DNA of 64,000 nt from Octopus sinensis. Lineage: Eukaryota. The position numbers were made by a program, and so were the translations under genes. Location: NCBI RefSeq assembly GCF_006345805.1, contig NC_043010.1, positions 31,248,001 to 31,312,000 on the forward strand, in the 5' to 3' direction. Position 1 is the stretch's first letter, and every line of letters starts with the position of its first letter. The notes under the pieces are model-generated. The model had not been told where the DNA came from and did no database searches. It saw nothing but the letters and a program-made list of their open reading frames with translations. Positions 40,379-50,665 of this stretch are shown one piece after another.

Positions 40379-41420
40379 CTAGCAGAAATACCCGGCGTTG
40401 CCCGGGTTAAAGAGAATAATGAAATTTAAAAACGCCGTCTAGATTACGCAGGTCTCAACTGCTAGTAGCTGAGATACCAACTTTCTACATTAATAACTCT
40501 CCAGCCCATGCCAGCATGGAACACAGACGTTAAGTGGAATATTAAAAGAAAGTTTTCAATTCATATATGTATATAAAGTAAATACACGTAATTCAAGGAC
40601 ACGTTTTGTGTAGCTTATTTCGTATGCAAAAAACAGGTACAGATTATAAACAATGAAAGGCCGGTTTTGGTGATTTATTTGACAGAGGCAGTAGAGAGCC
40701 AATCCGATGATAAATCTGACATTTTATCCATTTTATCTTGAAAGTTTGCGTGAATCTTGGCTCAGTTAAATCTCTCGTGGCTCCTAATGATGTAATCTGT
40801 AGTGCAGCGTTGTATTGTCTAATTTTGTTTTGGAAGTGCTTGGAATCTTGGTCAGTTGATGACAACAGTTTCTTCAATGGCTCTGGAGGTTGGGGGATTG
40901 CAGGGAGTTTAAGCATTCCACCACTGCAGCACTGTGCAGGTGTCCTTCCAGGCCACTTCCTTGCTTTGCAATGTATGCACTCAGTTGTCATTGCACCAGT
41001 GGAAACTCTTGTGTCATCTGCAGAATAAACTGCTGGATCATAATTGAAAGCTGCTTCATAGAAGTTGCTTCTCTGAGCTGTTGCAACTGTCTTCGTTCTG
41101 CAGTGGAGATCCTATTCCTTGTCAGCCGTGCATACCTCTGTTCATCACTTTGAGATGCCCTGGCTTTTGTAGTGCACAGTCCGTTCCTTTCTTAGTATGC
41201 TTCCTTTTCTGCAGCTGTCTCTCTTTCCCTGGACAGAGACACTCTTTTGGCTGACCTTGACATTGTAGACAAATCTGACACTTTCCTTCTAGCCATGGTT
41301 ATGTACGTATACAGAGATGCACGGTTGCAGAAGATAGTAAACAATGAAAATAACTGGGTAACGGAAATTATATTTCTTAATATGACTGGCCTTGTGGCAA
41401 AATTTGAAATCATTATTACT
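40379..41420 (-). mobile_element. Internally deleted Helitron (Rep N-terminal region joined to the 3' end)
   Basis: Minus-strand EAAFNYDP...GAMTTECIHCKARKW...CCSGG..LP...PPEPLKKLL...IRQYN...TFKI...IYHRIGSLLP. The 3' terminus has the hairpin CCCGGGCAACGCCGGG, then CTAG|T at 40379. The 5' boundary is approximate. Confidence 0.9.
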
Positions 41421-41439
41421 ATCATCTCAATACAATCAT

Positions 41440-43009
41440 CTCAAGTATGAAGGCGCATGGCTCAGTGGTTAGAGCGTCGAGTTTACGATCGTGAGATTGT
41501 GAGTTCGATTCCCGAACCGGGCTGCATGTTGTGTTCTAGAGAAAGACACTTTATTTCACATTGCTCCAATTAACTCAGCTGTAGAAATGAGTTGCGACAT
41601 GACTGGTGCCAAGCTGTATCAGCCTTTGCCTTTCCCTTGGATAGCATCAGTGGTGTGGAGAGGGGAGGCTGGTATACATGGGCGATTGCTGGTCTTCCAT
41701 AAAGAACCTTGGAGGGTAACTTTCTAGGTGCAATCCCATGGTCATTCATGACCGAAGAGGTCTCCTCAAGTATGAAATTTATAGAAAAGAAAAGAAGTTT
41801 ACTAATATTTTATATACAAGAAATAGTTTTATTCATCAAATATGCACCCATATTGTTATTACACTTTTGCCATTTCAAAAGCCTGGCAATCTAGAGTCAA
41901 TAAAAACTTTGAAGGCCTGTTATACAGCAACGTCGGATTTAAATTTTTTTCCTATAAAAAAGTTATCCAAATTCTGAAAGAAGTGGTAGTCAGCGGGGCA
42001 AGATCAGGTGAGTATGGTGGATGATGGAGAACTTCTAACTCCAACTCCTGTAGTTTCGACAATGTCATTTTTGCGATATGTGGTCTGGCGTTGTCTTGCA
42101 ATAAAATAAGAGTGGATCTGTTGACTAATCTAGGCTGTTTTTTTTTGTTTTTTTTTGTAAGTCCCCGCATCATTTGGTCCAGTTGGCTGCAGTATACTTC
42201 GGTCGTGATTGATGAGCCAGGTTTAATAAAATCATAATGGATAACACCTGCGCCAGAACACCAAACACACACCATTAGCTTCTTTTGATGAATTTTGCTT
42301 TTTGGACTGTTTTGGTGGCTCCTCTTTGTCCAACCATTATGCTGAACGTTTACAGTTGTTGGATTGGATCCATTTGTCATCACATGTTACAATTCGATTA
42401 AAAAATGATTCATTTTTGTGACGAGAAAGTAGCATAATGCAGGCTTCAAACCGTTGCTGTTTCTGATTTTCATTGAGTTCATGTGGAACTCACTTATCCA
42501 ACTTTTTCACTTTACCGATTTGAATTAGGTGAGTCAATATTGTTTGTTTGTCAACACCAAACAACAATGATAATTCACGGGCACTTTCAGATAGATCTGA
42601 CTCGACGGTAGCTTTCAGTTCGTTATTAGCCATCTTTGTTTCTGGTCGACCGCGTTGCTCATTTGTGAGGTCAGTTACCAGAACGAAATTTTGCAAACCA
42701 ATTTTGATACTGTCTGCTGTGTAATAACATTAGAATGAAATACTCCATTAATATTCCGAGCTGTCTGTGATGCTGTTATTTCCTAGAAAGAACTCATATT
42801 TCAAAAATTTACGAATTTCTGACTTATCCATCTCTAAACAAAAACAGCAAAAAACGATTTATAAATATTTTATAAAGCGCAAAATGAGTTAGAATAAAGA
42901 AAAAGATGTGTCAGCTTTCTAACAAAAAATAAAGATTGTCAAAATATAACAATGGCGCAGAATGAGCAGCTGTCAAATTTTACCATATTTCATACTTGAC
43001 GACCTAATA
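41440..43009 (-). mobile_element. Mariner (DD34D-type) transposon, frameshifted; one TIR split by a SINE
   Basis: ORF 41952-42383 has KKLMVCVW, QDNARPH and HPPYSPDLAP; 42490-42696 has GRP..ELKATVE..GKVKKLDK. TIR ATTTCATACTTGACGACCTAATA at 42987-43009 and partner TCAAGTATGAAAT at 41766. Confidence 0.92.
41452..41764 (+). mobile_element. tRNA-derived SINE ('family E') with 12-bp TSD
   Basis: GGCGCATGGCTCAGTGGTTAGAGCG...GAGTTCGATTCC head; direct repeat CTCAAGTATGAA at 41440-41451 and 41765-41776. Related heads at ~14970, 58905 and 61561. Confidence 0.9.
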
Positions 43010-43683
43010 TCAGGTCTGTAAGGGTGGTGTAAATGGTAAATACACTAAGCAATAATTAATTTTGTTGATTTGTGACTGAGTTCAAATCCTCTAAGTTAGC
43101 TGCGATATTATATTTTATCCCATCGTTTTTCGGCAGGAAATATTTACAATATTCAGTTAAACAGACTTCAGCTGCTTCAACAAATCATCCGAGTGTGTGT
43201 AGGTATAAATTAAGCAGAGTCAAGGAGGCACCTCCTAACCAGGATTCACCAAAACCCAAAGAGCGACAAAGGGATTTTCGTTTAGTTTACAGAATGTGTC
43301 TCTACAGTTATTGTTGATCTTGCCGTAAATCACACAATATTTCTGTATTTTTATTTCGTTATTTGATGCCAACTGGATCAATAAAAGCATCATCGTTGTC
43401 ATTATTTACTATGACCAGAACCTGCAACATAGCTGATAAAAAGAAAATTGATTTCACCATATTTACTTGTTGGAAAAAATTTAGAGTTTTGTTTACTAAC
43501 AAACGACTTCGAAACATTTAAATGTCCACTCCATTACTTCGGGTAAAAAAAGAAGTTCGTCATTAGGCATTTTATTCTGAACATATTTTTGTCAGCATCC
43601 ATTGTACATTTTCTTCATTTGTGGTTCATTACGGTAATCCTTGTGGCTGCAGGAGGAGGTACTAACCACAATGACAGTGACTG

Positions 43684-43753
<70 letters not shown>

Positions 43754-43764
43754 ATATATATATA

Positions 43765-43969
43765 AGGAGAGTTTACGTAAAAAACAAAAGACGAAGACAG
43801 GTAGTGTACAAAACAAACAGATGTATTAGTATAACGCTCAGGAATAGAAAAAGTCTTTTACGTTTCGAGCCTACGCTCTTCTACAGAAAGGGACACAGAA
43901 AAAAACAAGGAGAGAAACAAAGGAGAGAAAAAAATGTGTGTAGTGGCTAACGATCTATCATGGCGATCT

Positions 43970-43972
<3 letters not shown>
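43765..43972 (-). mobile_element. Short HHR-bearing repeat (H2-related) embedded in (TA)n
   Basis: 43855-43890 on the minus strand reads CTTT CTGTAGA A GAGC GTAG GCTC GAAA CG T A^ AAAG; flanked on both sides by TA microsatellite. Confidence 0.75.
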
Positions 43973-44033
<61 letters not shown>

Positions 44034-45319
44034 TGTATGTATGTATGTATGTATGTATGTTATATTTCTTTGCAGATACTGAGACAGACTCAGATAAGAG
44101 AAAACGGATAAATTAATTAACAGGCACAGTTGTAAACACAAAATTTAAATACACCCAATCAGATCAAAAGAATATCTTCACCACCACCACCACAGAGAAA
44201 ATAACAGCAATTCAGTATTTGCTATCGATGCAACCCTAAAAGAATCACTAGACGTAGTCAACTTCACGTAAAAGAAAAAAAAACGTAAAATAGAAAGAGA
44301 AAATTTTGCCCAAATAATTAATCCAAGAAAACCAAGGAAGAAAATGGTATTTTTTTTAACGAACGGAGGGTGTCTTTCATATGATCTGGCTAGTATATGG
44401 TAGTATGTCTGTTCCATCGAACGAAGTAAAGTATATGGAAGACTTTAAGATCAAGGATGAGATGAGGAGACTAGCTGTTGTCTCAATACCATCGAAGTAA
44501 AAATTTCGTAACGACCTGTTTTGCTCTACATCTATCTAGGGATTGTCACCATCTAGTACTGGATTCGATCTAATTAATATGTCATTCTTCCAAGTTGTAT
44601 GAAGTTATAATTATAATTTTAGTCTTACTTTTATTGCATACCTTTACTGAACAAACAACAGCTTTATGTGTCAAAGGTAGATGCAATGTTTTATTTTGCT
44701 TTGGCGGTTTTTATTTTGCATTCGAAATATTCTATGTGGGTGTTGTGTAAACAGTATTTTTTTTTTATATGTTGTATATTATCTGTGTTTATTTTATTGA
44801 ACCTAGAATCCAGTTAAAATGTCCGTTGTCGATTTCTTTTTTATAAGCTAGTAAAAGAAAACGAGGGAAATGTCCTTAGGATGGAGATATTGATGCAGGT
44901 GGTAGTATAAGATCTAGAAGGTGAAACACTGTAAAGAACGATTTGAAGAAAGACGAAAGAGAAGCAGAGTTCGCTGGATACGCGATAGAAGCATCAGAAA
45001 CAATGCATCTTTGAGAATAAGTTGACGTCACAACCAGCTCGTTCGGAAATGTCCTACTAAAAATGAAAATTGTTACATTCCTTCGATGACCTATTTCTGT
45101 CAGTCTTGATATGCACTTTCTCTTCTTGAGAAAGAAATAGGTTCCTTTGATCTGAAAATTCACATGTTGGACAGACCTATTCAAGGACGAGAAGGAAGGA
45201 TTAGGAATGCCATGCTTATGAGGCAGAAAAACTACTGAAGCCGCCATGTCTGCGGAAGATCTTTGACAAAAAAAACTTGTGGCCGCTACAAGAATTCTTT
45301 ATTATTATTCAATGCTTTT

Positions 45320-45540
45320 AAGGCAGCGAGCTGGCAGAATCGTTAGCGCGTGGGACAAAATGCTTATCGCCATTTCTTCCAATTCTCTGAGTTCAACTTC
45401 CACAGAGGTCAATTTTACCTATCGTCCTCTCAAGATCGATAAAATAAGTACCGGTTGAGCACCTGGGGTCAATGTAATCAACAAACCCCTTTCCCTCAAA
45501 ATTGCTGGCATTGTGTCAAAATTTGAAACCATTATTGTTC
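45320..45540 (+). mobile_element. SINE family A
   Basis: AAGGCAGCGAGCTGGCAGAATCGTTAGC...GATAAAATAAGTACC...GAAACCATT; a second copy at ~45778-45990. Confidence 0.85.
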
Positions 45541-45990
45541 GGTATTTTTATTTTTGTTTATTCTATTTAATCTGGTTATATTATTCAAACTGATGATCAA
45601 AGGCATTTCAGGTGTTACCATTTTGTCTTTAGGGGCAAATAAGACTACCTTATCTAATATGTCCTCTCCTTATTTAAGACGGTATCATTGGATATGAAAG
45701 GCATTTCGCTAGTATTGTTTTTGTCATAATTTGTATAACCGTTCTTGTTACTGACATCATCACTTATGAAAAGACCACGGGCTGGCAGAATCGTTTGCAC
45801 GTTGGACGAAATACTTAATGGCATGTCTTCTGTCTTTATGTTCGGAGTTTAAATGCCGCTGAGGTCAACTTTGTCTTTCATTCTTTCGGGGTCGATGAAA
45901 TAATTACTAGTTAAGCACTAGGGTCAATGTAATCAACTAGCGATTTCCCCAAACTTTCAGTCCTTGTGCCTATAATAGAAAGGATTATTA

Positions 45991-46844
45991 CGGTGCTAGT
46001 ATAGTATGCGGTCTACCACAGTGTCAAACAGGGTTATAAACCTTATCTTTCAGATATTTCCAGATATTTCAGAGATTTAAAAACTTCAGATATTTCAGGG
46101 ATCATTTTTTTCAGAAACATAGTTTTAGCATCCAACCATGATCACTCAATGGCCTGAATGTGTGCTCCGGTCATTGGATCCACATAATGTCGTTAATGGT
46201 TCACTGTCAGATGGTGATAACCTATGGCGTTTAAATTATTATAAGCGGGACACTCATCTGAATGAATTAATGAACCTTTATCACATTCTCTTTCAATAAT
46301 TAGGATCAGACTGTTCCCGTCACGCCGTTCCACACAAAAGTATCGACAGTATGAGCCTTGTTTGAGACCAAAAAACCCACGGCCGATCAATTCTACGTCC
46401 ATGGTTCCTGTTGTTTCGTTGTTCAGCATCACTATCTTCGAAAAGAGGAGCGCTGTCGCCATTCAGCATTCTTCCTCAATTGTATTTTCGTCGACCCGCA
46501 AATCTTGCTTCGTCGATCTGAATGGGGTTATCGTTTGTTCCAACCATCTTCCCTCGTCGTTCATGATAAACTATGGCTCCGCACACCTCGCGGCACATAT
46601 TGTACCAGTCAGTAATTGTATTTTTAGATTTTCCTGTTAGAGTCACTGCTGGGTTCATGGGTATATCTATGACAAAGAAAAATATTAGTTCTAAAATCTC
46701 ACTCAGGCTCAGCTTGCAGTTTAATTTGTTGTTTATGTCCATATAATGGGAAAATTGGTTTCCTTTAGTAACTGAACGTTTAAGGTAGATAACCCTGGCT
46801 ATACTATTTGACAACGTGGTAGACCGTATACTATGCTAGCACCG
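45991..46844 (-). mobile_element. Merlin (IS1016/IS1595-like) DNA transposon, pseudogenised
   Basis: ~38-bp TIRs CGGTGCTAGYATAGTATRCGGTCTACCAC. Transposase motifs IQIDEARFAGRRKYN, FCVERRD, LIHSDECPAYNNL..GYHHLTVNH*RHYVDPMTGAHIQAIE*SW. Confidence 0.9.
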
Positions 46845-47245
46845 AATGCATTTTCCTCTACTTCCCTCTAACTCCAGAATACATAGCTGTTGTTTATGTA
46901 TGATCTTTCGGTCGCTGTTTCATAACTGAGAACATAACCTAAACTTTCTATCTTGCAAGAATTCTTTTCCTATATCTTCTCTTCATTTAATATCAACACA
47001 AACCAGCTAACGACCAAGCTCAGTTGAGTTGCTTAAAATACGTTTCGTCTTCCCATTCCACATTCTATTCCTTCTGCACACCTCTCGCCTCTACGCCACA
47101 TCCTTTATCTACCTCCCCGGTCTCAGTCTCCGTTGGCTGTCACAGCTCAGAGAGTCTAGTGTATTTGATGTGCTCTCTTCCGTTCATATTTCAAATCTCA
47201 CAGGCTACTCCGAGCAGTAAAAAGGTGTTTACTTGGGCAAGTGAA

Positions 47246-47670
47246 GGATCTTTTCGGTTTGAACGGCTGTTTTTTCTAGCGGTATCATATGAAATTGTCA
47301 CCCATAATTATGACCCTAGTATCGATCTATTGCATTTCAATATGTTTTAGGGTTATGGTTAGTTAGGGTTAGGGGTGGGGGAAAGGTATCTTTTTTCTTC
47401 AGAAATGTAAATAAACCCAATCTGTTTCTTAAACGAGGGACATATTTATACGGCACAGAATGTTTTCACCTCAATAGACGTCATTGATTGGTTGAAATTG
47501 CAGAAATTGAAGAAAAACCACAACAAATATCTTACAAACAATAGAATTTTCTCAATAAAGCCAAGAGAAAAAGATGTTATATAAACACATTGTACCAGTA
47601 TACGAAGTTTAAAAGTGTTTAGTTACGTGGAAATTATTTTTAAAAACTGCCGTTCAAACCGAAGAGATTC
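47246..47670. mobile_element. MITE with ~28-bp TIRs and 8-bp TSD (Merlin- or hAT-type)
   Basis: GGATCTTTTCGGTTTGAACGGCTGTTTTT / AAAAACTGCCGTTCAAACCGAAGAGATTC; TSD CAAGTGAA at 47238-47245 and 47671-47678. Confidence 0.85.
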
Positions 47671-47704
47671 CAAGTGAATAATAATAATAATCATTGTTAT
47701 TATT

Positions 47705-47920
47705 AAAGCGGCGTGCTGGCAGAAACGTTAGCACGGCGAGCAAAATACTTAGCATTTCGTCCGTCTTTACGTTCTGAGTTCATGTGTCGCTGAGGACGAT
47801 TTTGCCTTTAATCCTTTCGGGTCGATAAAATAACTACCAGATGAGCACTGGGGTTGATGTATTCGATATATTCCCTCTCCCGAAATTGCTAGCCTTGTAC
47901 CAAAATTTAAAAGCATTATT
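47705..47920 (+). mobile_element. SINE family A
   Basis: GCGGCGTGCTGGCAGAAACGTTAGCACG...CCTTTCGGGGTCGATAAA...AAGCATTATT. Confidence 0.85.
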
Positions 47921-48469
47921 ATAATTATTACTTCTGTTTCTCAGAAATAATTTGATAGCAATCCTATTAAATGTACTGAATTTAACCAATTCATTTGCTC
48001 TCGTCTTCTCCACTATGACTTTATTCGTAATCACTAAACCAAGTATATTTTAATCAAATTCGACAGCCATTCTCTCGAGATTCTTGGTCTGTACTCATGC
48101 ATGATTATTGATGAGAACTAAAACAGAGAATTTAGAAACATCTATTACGAAAACAACTATCAAAGATGAAAATAAGAACGTATCACAAAACGTATAGCAA
48201 TAACGAGAACAAATCGGTTTTAATGCTTTGATGGGTGCTCCAGTTTGGGCTAGAACCTTAAACATCTCTCAATATATCTACGAAGTGGATTAACTTATAA
48301 TGTGAAGTTTCACAGGGTTGTCTCTTTTGAAAAAAAAAGTTATAAATGATTACAGAGTTACTTCCCTTGAAAGACAATTTTTAAAAAATATTCTCGACAA
48401 CTCGAGATAATATCAGCAATTTAGTGTTTCTTATAATTAAAAACCATTATAAAGTTAATACACTCTAAA

Positions 48470-49230
48470 ATATTTCAAGGAAAGGATGCGAAAGTATCTT
48501 AACCAGTAAGAAAAAATGTCGAGAATTGAAAAAAAGAAAAATAATGTGTAGTGTTATTTTAATTTGCGAGTTATGTACCTTTGCAAACTCCTTTTTCGAT
48601 GGACTATAGACATCTTTCTCTTGTATTTTTAACCACATTGCTGTTTCCAAAACAGAGCATATCTTTTTCTTTTGATCCCACGCAACAATTTCTGGCCATT
48701 TGTATGTTTTAACTTGGTGATTGTTTTAATTTTTAAGTTACACCATTATTCTTTTGACCCATCATTCTGAATAAAGTCAACTGCTTCTGTTAGTGTTTTC
48801 TTTCTTGTTATCCTGTTCCAGACTATTCTGGCTACTGCATCATTCTTCATGGGGAGATAATATCTGGAAGTCATTCTCTTGCAGTTGACAATAATGTGAT
48901 TGATATCTTCAGTCTTTGTTTTTCACATTTGTTGCCTGCTAATGTCTTCTTTTTATGCTGCAAGTTCTTGATGGGGATCTCTTGTTCTTGAATTGCATGG
49001 AGGCAACCTTCAAAGTAGAAGGTTATAGACTTGTCGGTACTTCATACCAAATTTTTAATATGATCCGTATCTTCTATAGTTTGTGTTTTTCGTACCAAGT
49101 ACCGATGCACTATCTTCTCAGCTGATACAGATCTCAATTCATTTGTAGTCCGTGATGGAAGCAATCAACATTGGATAAATCGATCCTCCGTCATCAGGAT
49201 AGAAAAGATCTTGCATTTCAGATCATAACG
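48470..49230 (-). mobile_element. R4/Dong-like non-LTR retrotransposon C-terminal remnant (RLE type)
   Basis: Minus-strand FEGCLHAIQEQEIPIKN, a zinc knuckle C...EDINHIIVNC...YY..KNDAVARIVW, and a PD-like PEIVAWDQRKR; frameshifted. Confidence 0.6.
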
Positions 49231-49586
49231 CAGAGAAGTTCTCTGCCTATTGTGATGAACTACATCTACCAACATTATGATGGATCTCCGAGCCCCCAGA
49301 AACAGCTGTTGGACTTATAACATTTTACTTTCTCCCTTTTAATTTTCTCTGTCGAGTTGGATCTATTGATATAAATATTTATGTATTTATTCTTAAATAT
49401 TCATCGTCTGAAAGTTTTCACTCATTACTTTCTCTCATTTTGCATGTATACAAATATACATATTCTGTATTTCATACCCAAGCTGTTATATTTAATTTGT
49501 TAATCGCACAATTGCCTCCATAGCTGTTCAACTTGATCCCTCAGCGATTTTCTTCCTCCATCTTCCTTTCTTTTAGACTGTCCTCT

Positions 49587-49621
49587 GTTTCTGAAGAAGA
49601 GCGTTGCTCGAAACGTTAAAC
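49587..49621 (+). ncRNA. Minimal type I hammerhead ribozyme (family H2, best-preserved copy)
   Basis: GTTT-CTGAAGA-A-GAGC(gtt)GCTC-GAAA-CG-T-T^-AAAC, with all stems paired, within a ~200-bp repeat at 49500-49700. Confidence 0.78.
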
Positions 49622-49704
49622 CATCTTTCTTTCCTTCCCCGAGCGTCTGCTAATGATTTACATGTACCACGTCCTCGCGTTGTTGTATTTTGTGTTTGTT
49701 GTTT

Positions 49705-49920
49705 AAGGCGGCGAGCTGGCAGAAACGTTAGCACGCCGGGCGAAAAGCTTAGCGGTATTTCGTCTGTCTTTACGTTCTGAGTTCAAATTCCGCCGAGGTT
49801 GACTTTGCCTTTCATCATTTCGGGGTCGATAAATTAAGTAACAGTTGCATACTGGGTCGATCTAATCGACTGCCCCCTTTCTCCAAAATTTCGGGCCTTG
49901 TGCCTAGATTAGAAAAGATT
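49705..49920 (+). mobile_element. SINE family A, CpG-intact copy
   Basis: AAGGCGGCGAGCTGGCAGAAACGTTAGCACGCCGGGCG...GAGTTCAAATTCCGCCGAGG...CGGGGTCGATAAATTAAGT...AGAAAAGATT. Confidence 0.92.
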
Positions 49921-49962
49921 GTTGTGCTTGTTGTTCTTCTTTTGGGGGGATTTACTAAATAT

Positions 49963-50024
<62 letters not shown>

Positions 50025-50606
50025 ACAAGATAAGGGCAGAAGAAAAATTCTAATGCCAGATACGCCGAAACAAAAAATTGTCGATAACCATTAAATTTAT
50101 GCGTTTCGAAACAAACCGATAGAAATCTCTAAAAAATTCGTTATTACCGTATTGGTCCAATTTCGTGGTTAATTCACAAGAAATTTTCCCCTCTTCAGCG
50201 GCAAACACGCGAGATATAAATGAAATACTTACTCATACCCACGGAAGAAGCAAGCACCAAGTCCCGAGCAGACTTAAGTACCCCAAATATATCCAAAATA
50301 GAAAAATCTTCGGCGCACTTCGAGACACGTGTGATTCGAACTAGAAACTTTCACAGAGTGATAGAATCCAGAAATGAACACCAATCTATTTATAATTAAT
50401 ATAGGATAAAATTTTTTCGGGAAAAAAATTTTATCAATGGCCAGCATATCAAAAAATGATACTGCTTTTTTTTTTTTAGATGGATAGGTGGTGTTCCATC
50501 TAATGTGACTCCGCTCAGAAGGCTATAATGTTATTGTGGTTGGAATCAGGCAAAGAAATATATGGAACAAAGGTGATAACTTTAAACACGTTTGTTATAG
50601 TCACAC

Positions 50607-50665
<59 letters not shown>

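Noticed and set aside
41452-41525. tRNA-like sequences here and at 35701, 58905, 61561
   Set aside because: Acceptor and anticodon stems are broken and each continues into a SINE body, so they are not tRNA genes.
44876-45247. 123-aa minus-strand ORF and decayed plus-strand coding-like text
   Set aside because: No recognisable family, and the plus-strand frame has many stops.
47355-47381. TTAGGG-like words as an interstitial telomere
   Set aside because: Only two or three imperfect units, internal to a MITE.
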